Assembly (NCBI RefSeq): GCF_003918875.1
Contig: NW_025767412.1
Location: 2,790,001 to 2,854,000 of the forward strand
Reading direction: 5' to 3'
Source of the DNA: Haliotis rubra
Lineage: Eukaryota
Length of the DNA stretch: 64,000 nucleotides
In this document: piece after piece, positions 12,600 to 26,125 of the stretch
How positions within the stretch are numbered: position 1 is the first letter of the stretch
How the letters are laid out: every line of letters begins with the position of its first letter
Position numbers and translations under genes: made by a program
Notes under the pieces: generated by a model
The model's database searches: none
Seen by the model: the letters and a program-made list of their open reading frames with translations, nothing else
What the model was told of the DNA's origin: nothing

Positions 12600-12885
12600 G
12601 GGGCGGCGGGGTAGCTTAGTGGTTAAAGCGTTTGCTCGTCACATCGAAGAACCAGGTTCGAATACCCACATGGGTACAATGTGTGAAGCCCAGTTCTGGT
12701 GTTCCCCACCGTGATATTGCTGAATATTGCTAAAAGCGGCGTAAAACTAAACTCACTTACTCAGTTTTGTGATTAATATCACCTATCAGGTAAATTTTGA
12801 TTCCCAACATGGGTAAAATGTGTAAAGTTCATTTTTGTTGTCGGTCGTGATATTGCTAAGCGGCGTAAAACGATACTCAGTCACA
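12600..12885 (+). mobile_element. SINE family A full copy (12600-12763) plus degenerate 5'-truncated copy (~12796-12885)
   Basis: Similarity to the other family A copies. Confidence 0.82.
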
Positions 12886-14594
12886 CCAGTGGAAGAGATC
12901 TCATCTAAGTAAAGACGGTGGCTGGTTGAGAAATGTTCATGACGTTGAAATCTCCAAACTATGCGTGTCTCATTACCCGGAAGCGGTGTTCATGCCTTCC
13001 CGCAATAAAATAAAATGAAGTGTCGGAATGTACAAGTCTCACTTTTATTGCAGACGTATTATGACTGACTTTAAATATTATAATTTACAAAGGGTGACAG
13101 TTATAGAAAGTAAAGAAAACGCCTAACTAGCTCCAGATACACCTGAATTCCCAAGACGGCATCGTTCCTGGAGTGCCACATCTGGCCGCTATATTAATCT
13201 TGCTGCAGCAGAGGCCGAGGGTCCCTCCTGCCTGTAGTCACCTATACTGGGGGGTCGTTTCCTTCCCCATATTTATTCAAGCATTTATAACATGAACAAT
13301 ACACATTGGTATGGATATAACAGACCCTGCTCCAACCCCAACCCCCATCCCGCACCCCCCTGTTCACTGCCGCTGGTATCCTTGGGCTGCTGTCTTTGAT
13401 CACAGGAACTTTATCGGGACTTTAATCCATTTATTGAATCTTACTTCCACGTTATTAGACACCGACAGTTCAATCCGGCAACAGTAACTGATTAACGTCC
13501 AGGAGAATGCAGATTACACCGTTAAAGAGCGCGAAGAGGCCCTCTCGAAAGTCACAGCCTGTTTAATAAGGGGACTTTTGGCCCAACCTACCCCCGGAAT
13601 GTTTAGCATTCCTGAAGGTGATAGATTAACATGGTTATAGGCGATTATGTTCATTCATGAGTCTTATCTGAGATTTATTTACATGGTATCGTCTTTTACA
13701 AACGCCAAGCGTGGAATATGCTCACACAAACACAGAGGACATGCGTATACCATTCAGGGAATGAAGTCCCGCGTGACTGAGGCCGCGCGCTCTCCCAACG
13801 ACAAGATCAAAGAACTGCTATAATATATATAAAATTGTAGGTGCCTGTCGACTGACGACACGCGACATTTTTGTACCTTGCATCACGCCGTTAGCGTGAA
13901 GAGTGCTGAATATGTCAAGAATGCTACATTCACACCTTCCCTTGATTCGACTTTTAAATGAAGAGTCAATTGAATATTCATAGCGTGTAGCTGTGTTTAG
14001 CTTTGTATGGATTAACTTCCACTTCGTGTAGATTGTTCGGATTCCTGTTACTTTAACGTGGAAAACTGGACTGTTGTTTGCCCCATTCAGCCCAGTCATC
14101 AAAGTGTCATTTCATCTTACAGTTTGCGGGCTTCCCTCAGCACAATATAACTATGTACAGTCATTTTCACTCGGCAGCTGCTAACAATTGTAGGAAGGTT
14201 GTTTGATCCCAGCTTTAACAATGTACGTTACTCGACAGGCCCTCATGTCTTTGCGAGGATTAAAGATTTTGAAAAAATATAAAAACTTTGAGAAGACCCC
14301 CGACTCGAAATGCCTCACACTGCAATACATTATGACAAGGCCGGACACTTCGGTGTACCCCACCCGCCTGGTTTGCCGATCGCTACGCTACCATCGCATG
14401 CAATCGATTAAAACTTAATGTAAACATAATCATGGATGATTGGACTATCGACCACCACTCATGACACCTACCAATTCTTTATTGTTATTTCTGCAAGTCG
14501 ATTGAAACCCGATTTTGACCCTCAACTAAACGATCTTGACACAAATGGATGACGATATGTCCGGACAAAACAGGGGTGTGCTCGAAGAAAGCTC

Positions 14595-15955
14595 TCGCCG
14601 TCCACATCACCACCCCACATCACCAACTCACCGTCCACATCACCACCCCACAGCACCAACTCACCGTCCACATCACCACCCCACAGCACCAACTCAACCT
14701 CTACGTCCACCTCCTCCCCACCCCCCCACACACACACCAGCATCAACTCAACTCACCGTCCACACGTCACCACCAGCACCAATTCAACGCCTACCTCACC
14801 ACCCTAGCACCAACTCAACACTCTCATCTCAACGCCCACCACCCTAGCACCAACTCAACGCCTACATCACCACCCTAGCACCAACTCAACGCCTACATCA
14901 CCACCCCCTAGCACCAACTCAACGCCTACATCACCATGCCTAACCTCACCACCAACCATAGCACCAACTCAACGCCTACATCATCACCACCCTAGCCCCT
15001 ACCAACTCTCCAACGCAATCACCACCCCTAGCACTAACACCATCACCACCTACATCACCACGCCTAGGCATTTAACCAACGCCTACATCACCGCCTTGCA
15101 CCCTTCAGCGCCTCATCACCACCCTAGCACTACTCAACGCCTACCACCACCCTAGCACCAACTCAACGCCTACATCAACCCCTAGCACCAACTCAACGCC
15201 TACATCACCACCTAGCACCAACTCAACGCCTACATCACCACCCCTAGCACCAACTCAACGCCTACATCACCACCTAGCACTAACTCAACGCCTACCACCA
15301 CCCTAGCACCACTCAACGCCTAATCACCACCCCCTAGCACTAAACTCAACGCCTACATCACCACCCCCTAGCACCAACTCAACGCCTACATCACCACCCC
15401 TAGCACCAACTCAACGCCTACATCACCACCCCTAGCACCAACTCAACGCCTACATCACCCCCTAGCACCAACTCAACCCATACCATCACCACCCCCTAGC
15501 ACTCAACTCAACGCCTACATCACCACCCCCTAGCACCAACTCAACGCCTACATCACCACCCCTAGCACCAACTCAACGCCTACATCACCACCCCTTGCAT
15601 TAATTCAACGCCTACATCACCACCCTAGCACCAACTCAACGCCTACTTCCTTGCACCACCCCTAGCACCAACGCCTACATCACCACCCCTAGCACCAACT
15701 CAACGCCTACATCACCACCCCTAGCACCAACTTCAACGCCTACATCACCACCCCTAGTACCAATTCAACGTCTACTTCACCTCCCCCAGCATCATCTCAA
15801 CGCCTACATCACCACCCCTAGCACCAATTCAACGCCTACATCACCACCCCTAGTACCAATTCAACGCCTACATCACCACCCCTAGTACCAATTCACCGCC
15901 TACCTCACCACCCCTAGCACCAATTCAACGCCTACATCACCACCCCTAGCACCAA
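14595..15955. repeat. C-rich minisatellite, 32-bp unit (left arm)
   Basis: CACCACCCCTAGCACCAACTCAACGCCTACAT, about 42 copies. Confidence 0.95.
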
Positions 15956-16159
15956 TACAAGCTGGACGCCGAGCTGGTCGGACGTGTTTTCTGGAGCTCC
16001 TATATCAAAGGGTTATGTAACCACATAAAGCCAAGAGCGATGACACCCAAACAAGGTGCGATACATACTACAGCACTGTTGTGAATCTGAATGACAATAA
16101 TTGCGAATTCTTGGATAAATGTGGATGTGCTGTCCTGTAGAAAGACCTGAAGGAACAAC

Positions 16160-17527
16160 ATGGTGAACCGACACATCTCTGATTCACCTGACCATGACAC
16201 TCTGCGAGAACTTTGAACTCCTTGAAGACAGACAAACATGTCAACAAAAGCTGCTTATCAAACAGACTATCAATGTACAATGTTGCGAAAGACAAATGTG
16301 CAGATTTTCCTGAAGGGATGCTTATCAAACGAGTAAAGCAATCGGGACAACTGAAAACTGTTCCAGAAAAGTACGCTTCTGATGTGTACCTGCTGTATAG
16401 ATACATACGTGGATCTGTGCCAGCTCATGTGATACAGAGTGAAGTCATGAGTAAACAGAAAACTCGATCAGATGATTATACTGATATAGAGAGCTCAGAC
16501 AATAGCTTGAATAATAGGGACACGTTAGCTCGTATGTTCACTAAACTGATGTGTTTTCATGAAGATATGCGTGAAAACTTCATGGATTTAATTGAGAACC
16601 TGCAAGATTTCAAGTCTCAGTATGAGAGCGACATGCGGGATATGATAGGGGTCCTTGAACACAAGAATGATGAAATCAAAATATACCACAGTGAAGTCCA
16701 GAAGCTCAAAGGCAATGTAGACAAATTGAAATCCGAAATCACTACATTAAAGAGTGAACTCGAAAGGAAAGATATTGACATTAAGGACATGAAAGACACT
16801 CTAAACACAGCAATAAATGGGATAAATAAAACAACTTGTGCAATTGATGGCAAAATTGACTGTATGAATACCAGAAATAAGCTGCTCTATTCAGAGGCAG
16901 TTAACAACCCAAGCTATGGTAAGACCACATCAAGGCCAGTCATTGCTGAAGGCCAATCAACTCCAAGCCATGATGTAACACACCGTGCAGTACAGCAGAG
17001 TCCCAGTCTGCGACGATATCCATCCACCACCAAGCTCAGAAGACAGCTTACTTCTTCTTGATGATAGTCCACCCCACGAACACGTGCCAGACACGGATGA
17101 CTCTTCCAGCACGAGATACAAGCCAACCTTAACCCAAGACAATACATCTAATCAATCTAAGAAACAACAGCAATCAAGGTCTGTGAGGTTTAACAATCAG
17201 TGGAGACGATCCTTCACAGGTGTGGCTAAATACAAAAACAGGAGACTCGTCATGTCATATGTGAGAGCAGACGAATCTTTTGACATAGTGAAAGATGCTA
17301 TCGTTGACTACGCCAAAGAACGGGGTGTGACCATTACGAATATAATTCTCCTGCGACATTGGGAAGGCTCTAACCCGACCTATACCATCCGTATTGCAGT
17401 CCCTGTACAGTGTGCCAAGATAATATTGGACGACAACACATTCTGGCCAGAGAACGTGAACTGCAGAGAATGGGTTCCCCGGAATACATGGTACTCTAAT
17501 GATAAACAAGGCGAGAGTGAATATTAA
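16160..17527 (+). pseudogene. LINE ORF1 (coiled coil plus C-terminal RRM-like domain), frameshifted
   Basis: Heptad-rich coiled coil in ORF 16213..17061; frameshift near 16990-17060 into ORF 16985..17527, which ends FWPENVNCREW, a motif typical of LINE ORF1 C-termini; further disruption near 16200. Confidence 0.75.
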
Positions 17528-17529
17528 CC

Positions 17530-20500
17530 ATGATGCCTTATCTTGCAAGTCTGACCATCTATGGATGTACACTGATGACCCTCGTTAACCTAGCGACATG
17601 GAACATTCGTGGTATCAAACATGGAACGTCTGAGCTGTGCAATAAGCTCGACATATGTGACGTCGTGCTTGTTACAGAGCACTGGCTAGACATGGAAAAT
17701 TCACAGTCTCTGGAGACACTACATGACAAATTTAATGTGTATTCTAAATCCAGTTGTGACTCTAACCAGCACCAACGAGGTTATGGAGGTGTAGCCATGT
17801 TTGTACGGAAAGGTGACTGGTGTAAAGCTACTCTTATTGACACCCACCACAGCCGCCACGTACTGTGTATCAAACTGCACATCTGTACCAGCCATGTGTA
17901 TATACTTGGGACTAGACTGCCATCGACAAATGTCCTTGACAGTATGTACTATGAAGAACTGTACTATGTTATGGAACTTTATGATATTCTCTCTCAAGAA
18001 TACCCAACATACCTCCTAGGAGACTTTAATACTGATATCAGTCATGGTATTAATATGAAACCCAGGGCTAGGTGCCTCTTACGACTGCTTAGCGAACGTC
18101 ACCTTTATTCTGTGGTTCCACTTGACGAGTCAAGGTACACTTTCCATAGTAAATGTCTTTGTAGACATTGATTCACTAAGCAGTGTAACTGGATATGTCA
18201 TTGACACTGGCATCCCATATAACATCTCAGATCACCTACCAATACTTGTCTGTATACTTCTTCCTGTACATGTTGGGTACTATCATGGAGAGAACTTAAA
18301 CTGGACTAAAGCAAGTGAAACTGACCTAATGTTATATCGATATGAAACAGAAAACTACTTTCGTGGAACTGAAATTAACAATGCTCACTTTGATAACAAT
18401 GTAGACTTCATCGAATACTATTGTGATTATATCACAGGCTCCTTACATGCTTCTGCTGCCGGAAGTATTCCATCCACACGCTTTAGGCCATTTCTTAAAC
18501 CTTACTGGAAGAAAGATGGTCTTAATAATCTGCATAAAGAAATGCGAAATTGTCGCCGTCAGTGGGTTGCAAATGGTAAAGTTAGAGATAAAAACGATGC
18601 TGCCTATGCAAAATATAAAGAAAGTAAACGGCTATTTCGTAAGAAACATCGCCATGCAAAACACCAGTTAGCTAAAAAAAGATTTGATGAAATCTACGAA
18701 GCAGCAGAAGTAGATGTTAAAGAATTTTACAAAACTACAAAACGTTACAAACGCTGCAAAGGTAATATTGAAAAACTTACCTATGATTCTCAAACTTGCT
18801 ACGAGGGAAAGGATATTTGCAGTCTGTTTGGACTTTATTTCCATTCACTAGCTACTCCTTCCCCTGATGTAAAATGTGACTATGTACATGCTCAGAATGT
18901 GAAAGAGCAAATTGCTAATATTGAAACAAGCGATGACATGCATAACGACATCGGTTCGCCATTGCACTGTCCAATCACTGAAGATGAAATCCATTGTTCA
19001 GTAAAACGACTTAAAGTACGAAAGTCGCCTGGTCCTGACGGTATAGTGAATGAGCACATAAAGAAGGCTGGTAGATCGCTGCTGCATCATATTGCCTTAC
19101 TATTCAATGCCATTATTACGTTTGAATACATTCCTAAATCATTTTCTATAGGTCAAATTCTTCCAATACACAAGGGCAACGGTAAACCAAAACATGACCC
19201 TGCCAATTATAGAGGAATAACCATGACTTCTGTATTAAGTAAACTCTTTGAAAGACTTCTCCTTAACAGAATAGAGTCCTGGATAGATACTAAGATAGAA
19301 TTTCCCCATCCTCTGCAATTTGGATTTAGGCGTCACTATGGTGCTGAAACCGCCGTACTGACGTTAAAAGAAAACATTGCATATTACGATGAAAGGATGT
19401 CGCCTGTATACTGTGCATTCTTAGATAATGAAAAGGCATTTGATCGGGTGTGGCTTGATGGCTAATTTATTTAACTGTATGATATTGGAATAACGGGTAA
19501 ACTATGGAGAATATTAAGGCTCTCCTATAGCTCCATGAAATCATTTGTATGCTTTGAAGGGTTTAAATCGGATACATTCCCCGTCAATCAAGGAGTAGGC
19601 CAAGGTAGAGTAATGTCCGCCTGGCTATTCACATTATTTATTAATGACCTCCTATATGAACTTGGGAATTCAGATTCTGGCTTAATTTTGCCATGGGGTA
19701 AATGCCCTGGGATTCTTCTTGCTGATGACACTACTCTGATGAGTTCCTCTACCAAAGGCCTGCAAAATCTTCTCGATGTCGCTAAAACCTATGCTCATAA
19801 ATGGCAGCTAAAATATAATGTAAGCAAGAGTGCGGTTCTACACTTTGAATGCTCAAACAATAACGTTAACATCAGTAATGTATTAATTGGTGATATACAT
19901 GTTCCACAAAGGAAATCTATTAAATATGCAGGTGTATATCTCAGTACAGATAAATCATCACTTGAACGTACAAAAACTGCATGTGAAAAGCTACGAGTAC
20001 TCATGAACACTAATCATAACAATGGGTTGTATTTTGGAGGTCTTAACCCGATATCTGCAGCCCGTATCTGGGAGAGGGTAATCTTATCATGTGGCCTCTA
20101 TGGATGTAACGTATGGGGTAAACTTCCTCTTAAAGAGTATGAAATACTTGAAGTTGTACAACGACAATTTTGTAAAAAAGTTCAGGGACTACACAAGCGC
20201 ACTCCCAGTATTGTTGTATTGGATTGTATCGGTATCATGCCAGTACAGTATTACATAGATAAAAGAGCCCTCTACCTATTAGGAAAGTTATGTAATGCAA
20301 AGTATAACTGTGTTTTTAAAGTAATGTTTCTAGTTCGCCTTGGTCAATTTATGTGTACAGATAGCTCTACATGCAATGTATATAGTAGAAAATCCCCGAT
20401 ATACAATATGCTGCAACTTGTACATAAGTATAACCTAAACGATATACTAGCTAACTATGTCAATAATGGTCAATTCATCAGTAAGAAATGCTGGTCCAAT

Positions 20501-21004
20501 GCCGTAAATGATGCTACTAAATCTCATCGAGAAAATCTATTTTATGTTCATCTTAATTCAAGACTTAGTCTGTCAAGATATATCAATATAAGATCCAGTA
20601 ATGAACACTATCTCTGGATGCTAGCTGCAGAGAAGAACGACCAGTTAACTGATATTGCAAGACTTGTATACTATGGATCAGCTGAAATTGTTTCAAGAGA
20701 ATGTTTATGTAAAACTGTCGCCAATGATATTGTAAAGCACGTGTTTATGTCATGTACGATAAATATGAATGACAGAAATGAACTTTTTAACTCCATATGT
20801 GATATTCTGGATGTAGAAACTTTTGTTAAGATCTGGGATCAAGATGATGATGTTATTCTTGCATTTTTACTTGGTGGATGTCCAATTGCGTGCATAATGG
20901 AACTAGAAAGAGATGTATGGGCAAAAGTAATAATTAATGTAAGCCATTTTATAAGGAAATGGCGATACTTGCTAAAACACTTGTATGTATATGAACATTT
21001 GTGA
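17530..21004 (+). pseudogene. LINE ORF2 (APE endonuclease + reverse transcriptase), disrupted
   Basis: EN motifs TWNIRG, TEHWL, GGVA, GDFN, SDHLP. RT motifs PGPDG, NYRGI, QFGFR, DNEKAFDRV, QG..S..LF, LADD. Frameshift/deletion near 18160 and two in-frame TAA stops at 19463 and 19472. Confidence 0.92.
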
Positions 21005-21100
21005 CTCTATCAATAATCTATCTTAATCATTTGATGTAAAATATATTATTACCACACATTGTAATCTTCATTCAGTTGGAGGAAATAAAGAATATCTATC

Positions 21101-21365
21101 ATCACCACCCCTTGCATTAATTCAACGCCTACATCACCACCCCTAGCACCAACTCAACGCCTACATCACCACCCCTAGCACTAACTCAACGCCTACATCA
21201 CCACCCCTAGCACCAACTCAACGCCTACATCACCACCCCTAGCACCAACTCAACGCCTACATCACCACCCCTAGCACTAACTCAACGCCTACATCACCAC
21301 CCCTAGCACCAACTCAACGCCTACACCACCACCCCTAGCACCAACTCAACGTGTACCTCACGCCC
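21101..21365. repeat. Same 32-bp minisatellite (right arm)
   Basis: About 8 copies immediately after the LINE tail. Confidence 0.95.
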
Positions 21366-21574
21366 CCATGTATCAACTCTATGTATGCCACCAGTTCGTC
21401 AAGCACCCTCCACCCCCTATGTATTCCTAATGGGCGTGGTCGTTCACTGTAACTAGGCTGAACTACGCACCGTTCGATGCTCCTACTTTCAATCACTAGT
21501 ACACTAGTACAGGTGCCACTAGTACAGGTGCCTAATAACCTATCGTAAAAGGCAATATCAAACGGACTCTGGGA

Positions 21575-21695
21575 CATATTTGATTGTCATTGTATCCTGA
21601 ACACATGGATCGATGCTCGTGCTGTCATTTACTGGATTATCTGGTCCAGATATGGTTATGGTCGCAGTGTCCACTCACTCGCTCACTCACTCACT
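21575..21695 (+). mobile_element. Degenerate family C fragment
   Basis: GATCGATGCTCGTGCTG...CTGGATTATCTGGTCCAGA...(ACTC)n. Confidence 0.55.
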
Positions 21696-23104
21696 ATCGT
21701 GTAAGTCATTATGACACAAGACCCGGACGCTATGAAGGAAGTACGTATCCTGTGTGCGTGTTTTGCATAAGTCTCGCTGTCCTTAATTCCAAGAATATTC
21801 AAATCCTGAGTGATAATCGATGAAGGATATCCTTACCACTTTCTGACCAGAGTGGTTGGTCAGTTTCCATCACGAGCTCTGAGTTTCATTCCCGTTATAG
21901 ATAAACCCAGCCATGACATCATTGAATGGATGTCACGAGTCTGTATTGAAGATGGCGATGTCACTCTCGCCAGGTGTCCCGGGCTGATCATTGCTATATT
22001 TAGCTCCCAGTATGTAGGTCAAGACATGTAATTATACCATGGTCGGAAACATGTGACGAGAACAATCAGTGATAGCACGACCTAGGCCCATTACAACATG
22101 CATCCTTAATCTAATTTAAGAAAACGATTTGATATAGTCGAATCATAGCATGATCATTTAAATTGGGGCGTGGCACAGTATGGGATTACGTGTCTGGTCC
22201 ATTAAAAATATATGGCTATCGTGTTTCAGTAATATGATGTAAAACTGTTTCAGCGCGTGTTGCTGGTTAATGATATATTTATATTTTTCGAAACTGCATA
22301 CATCATACGCGGATGAGGATGAAGATGACGAGAGATGTTCCTTTATTTATGTTACTATAACGACGGGATATTTCAACGTTACTCAGCGTGAAATTGAGAA
22401 GACGAGTATCCGGCTGTGTTAGTTTGAAACAATACCCAAACAACGCGAGTGACAATTTCACTCCGCGCTGTTACCACGCCCTTATATGTCACTCAATCCC
22501 TCACTCACCCTCAGGGCGGGACTGGTCAGTTATGTTTACCTTAGCAACGTGGGACAGAACGCTGTTGTCAGGACACAGTGGTGGTGTGTTTGTAAGCCTG
22601 TTGATAGATACAAGCATTACACGTCGTACTTCCTAGACTGGTCAGACTGTAGGCTAACAATGTCTACTCTCCACACTGTGAGCAACTCGTTGATACAACA
22701 ATTAATAATTGACTTCACACTTCGTTGTATCGCGATTTAATATGAATTAGAATTGACTGTGACAGTCACTTACTCATTTACAGGCCCTAAAGTCAATACC
22801 CCGTGTCACCGGAAACACCCGCTTCCGGACGTTTTTGCTAGGTGTTACATTACGTCGTAGGTATGTAAATCGTGACTAATGCTCTGTCCGGTACTTTGAC
22901 TATTTTTGGTGTGTTTAATTAAAGTCTCTTTAACTTTAGGTAAACATTCCGAATGTACTTGCCGATGTTTCTCGATTAACGAATTTCACTTTAAACCCAA
23001 TACTGAAGATTGGGATGAGGTGTGAAGCATACCTTAGACACCTACTGTATTGTACAACATTTTGTGCTACATCATCCTCTCGTTGATATCACGGGTTGGA
23101 ACTT

Positions 23105-23310
23105 ATCCCCACTACCTGTTGTAGTCGTAGAAGGCGACTAATATGATCAGCGAAGGCACATTTGCTTTTTTGATCGCTTGAGAACGCATCTCGACAGTGT
23201 AAATCACTGTTTAGAATCTTCAGTCACTAGATTATCTGATCGATTCTCGATTATTCACAGATCACCGTCGTATGGCTGAAATACTGCGGCGCTTAACAGC
23301 GAACAAACAT
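23105..23310 (+). mobile_element. Old divergent family C-related SINE
   Basis: GTCGTAGAAGGCGACTAA head motif and CTCGATTATTCACAGA...GCTGAAATA tail. Confidence 0.55.
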
Positions 23311-23327
23311 TATATAATATCGAGCGT

Positions 23328-24135
23328 CGCTCAACCCCGAGTGGATGTCGTTTTATGTCGTTATGTGACCCTCAACCCCGAGTGGATGTCGATATGTGCC
23401 CCTTAACCCCGAGTGGATGTCGTTATGTGCCCCTTAACCCCGAGTGGATGTCGTTATGTGCCCTTAACCCCGTGTGGATGTCGATATGTGCCCTTAAGCC
23501 CGAGTGGATGTCGTTATGTGCCCCGTAAGCCCGAGTGGATGTCATAATGTGCCCCTTAACCCCGAGTGGATGTCGTTATGTGCCCATAACCCCGAGTGGA
23601 TGTCGTTATGTGCCCCTTAACCACGGGTAGATGTTGTTATGTGCCCTTTAACCACGGGTAGATGTCTTCAGATGACCCTTCACCCCGTAGGTTGACCCTT
23701 TTTTTACAGGTGGACATCCCAATGTGCCCTTTGTGGATGATGTCATCTGACTGTTAAACCTGGGTAGATGTCTTCATCCGACTGTTAAACCTTGGCGGAT
23801 GTCGTCATGCGAATGTTAAACCTGGGTGGATGACGTCATCTGACTGTTAACCCCTGGGTGGATCTCGTCTGACTGTTAACCCTTGGGTGGATCTCATCTG
23901 ACTGTTAACAGCTGGGTGGATCTCATCTGACTGTTAACCCTTGGGTGGATCTCATCTGACTGTTTACCCCTGGGTGGATGTCGTCATCTGACTGTTAACC
24001 CGGGTGGATGTCGTCACCTGACTGTTAAACCTGGGTGGATGACGTCATCTGACTGTTAAACCTGGGTGAATGACGTCATCTGACTGTTAAACCTGGGTGG
24101 ATGACGTCATCTGACTGTTAACCCTCGGTGGATGT
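23328..24135. repeat. Two abutting related 31-bp minisatellites
   Basis: AACCCCGAGTGGATGTCGTTATGTGCCCCTT grading into CTGGGTGGATGACGTCATCTGACTGTTAAAC. Confidence 0.9.
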
Positions 24136-25262
24136 GTCACACGTGTCAGTCAGAACGTAAGCGCATTCCAGGCCATGAATGTAAGTGGGGAATCCCCGTC
24201 TACGATCGATACATGTGAGATCAGCCATATTCTTAAAGACGATGGTGGTCACTGCCTACGTCACTGTTACAACACCGCCGACCACTCCCAAATACGCAAT
24301 CAGTCCCGGAAGTCGATATCAGACAATTACAAAATCATTAAAAAAATAAATAATTCAGATGATGAAACGTGTATATAATTGATGAAAAGTTTCCTTTTTA
24401 AACCCCAACATATTTCTGAAGCTTTAATACAACTATGACTTAATAGTTTTATAGGGGTTATATATGTGACATTACTAATACATATTTCATCATAGAGAAT
24501 GTTCTATTCATTCATACTCAAAACTACAAATCTGTCATTGGTTACAACTGAATAGTGCAATACCCAAACCAGTTCATTCACAATCTACCTCTGGCCACGC
24601 CCACTTTCTGACTGACATGTGTGGAGGCGACCACTATCTAACAAGACATGTTGAGACGCGTGCTATACGTCATAGCTATTTATAGACCACTGCTGAATTG
24701 GTCGGTTGATAATTAAAGATTAGATTGGCGCATAATTACGCTGAATATTGAAAATTTATCGCCGATAATACACACGTGTTGGGTAGAAATAAATAGTGTT
24801 TTGTGTGTCCGTAAGCTGTTATAAATAGGTAACTAGTAAGGCAGGTGATACAAGATAACAGTCGCACAGATGTCTGATGACACAACAGGTCTCCAAATAA
24901 GGCAACATTCGCATCTATGTATGAGAAGTAAAAATATTATATCGATCAAAAACATTAACTTTGTTATTCGCAATATATTTACTAATGTCGGTGTCAAGGA
25001 GACCAGACTGTTTGTAAAAAAAGATTAAAAGGAGGACAGTAATTTCTACCCTTTTTTTGTTATTTTGTCATGACAATCTGGAGATTTATGACGATGCAGT
25101 AAGATGTCACATATACAGTTGTCATAACCCATAGAAAGGTCTGTAGTTCTGTAGTGAGGTTTTTGCTTTGTCTGGCGAACCTGAAAGTTTGATGTCAAAG
25201 ATATTAATCTTTCTAACCGTAGCAATGGCACTGGGAGACAGCCTCATCACATATAATATTCA

Positions 25263-25643
25263 CACTTTGCTAAGGTTCAAATCATTGATTCAACAGAAAA
25301 CTATGATGTGGGGTCTAATTTGGTTTAAGTATTTAAGCTTATTGTAAGCATGGATCCTAGGTTTCAGTATGTCACTGCATCTTGTGGATCCCATACCTGC
25401 TACTGACAGGTGTTGTGTACTTGTCAATGACTCGTTCCATGATTTGTAAAATGGTTGATTGATGCCATGAAAACCATTTTTATGTTTACTCATGTATCAG
25501 GTGCATAAGGTTAGAATAAAGTGACTGTTTGCCTAAAGAGGGGTTACCATATTATTATTTATCCAGTTTTAAATGGATACAATTACAGATAATACGTCTG
25601 TGTTTAAGTAAAGTTGGGAATTTTTGTGATCCTTAGCAAAGTG
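25263..25643. mobile_element. CACTA/CMC-like MITE
   Basis: 17-bp TIR CACTTTGCTAAGG(T/A)TCA with one mismatch; 3-bp TSD TCA (25260-62 and 25644-46). Confidence 0.65.
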
Positions 25644-25699
25644 TCAGTAGTATATATACGCTCTGTTGCTGCTCACTTTCGGTAGCCACGTCCGAATGT

Positions 25700-26051
25700 G
25701 TGTCGCTTTCTCTGTGCAATTCTCTCCTTTTTTGGTATATCCTTTTTCCCCATGTATATCTATGTGTTTGTGTGTCTCCTCTCTCTCTCTTTCTGTTTGT
25801 CTCTGTGTCTCTCTTTCTCTGTCTCCCATTCTCCGTGTTTGTTTCTCTGTCTCAGTTTCTCCTTTTCCCCGTTTACCCCTCTTTTATTGCCTGAGTCAGT
25901 GTGTCTTCCATGTGTTTGTCTCTCTATTTCTCTTTGTCTCAGTATGTCTCTTTCTGTCATCCTTCCTCCTTCCATCCTATGTATTTGCCTGTATTTCTCT
26001 CTCTCTCCTCCCCCCTCTTTCGGCGCGCACTCACACTCACAGAGATGACTA

Positions 26052-26122
<71 letters not shown>
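25700..26122. repeat. CT-rich low-complexity region ending in (CT)n(CA)n
   Basis: Direct inspection. Confidence 0.9.

Positions 26123-26125
<3 letters not shown>

Larger units (their letters stand above)
15956..21100 (+). mobile_element. Full-length two-ORF non-LTR retrotransposon (APE + RT LINE; CR1/L2/RTE-X/Proto2-type, clade unresolved), inactivated
   Basis: ORF1 then ORF2 (APE endonuclease, RT, C-terminal Cys/His motif); 3' end GGAGGAAATAAAGAA(TATC)2; flanked on both sides by the same 32-bp minisatellite. Confidence 0.93.

Noticed and set aside
14522-14878. Pro/His/Thr-rich ORFs
   Set aside because: They are the edge of the C-rich minisatellite.
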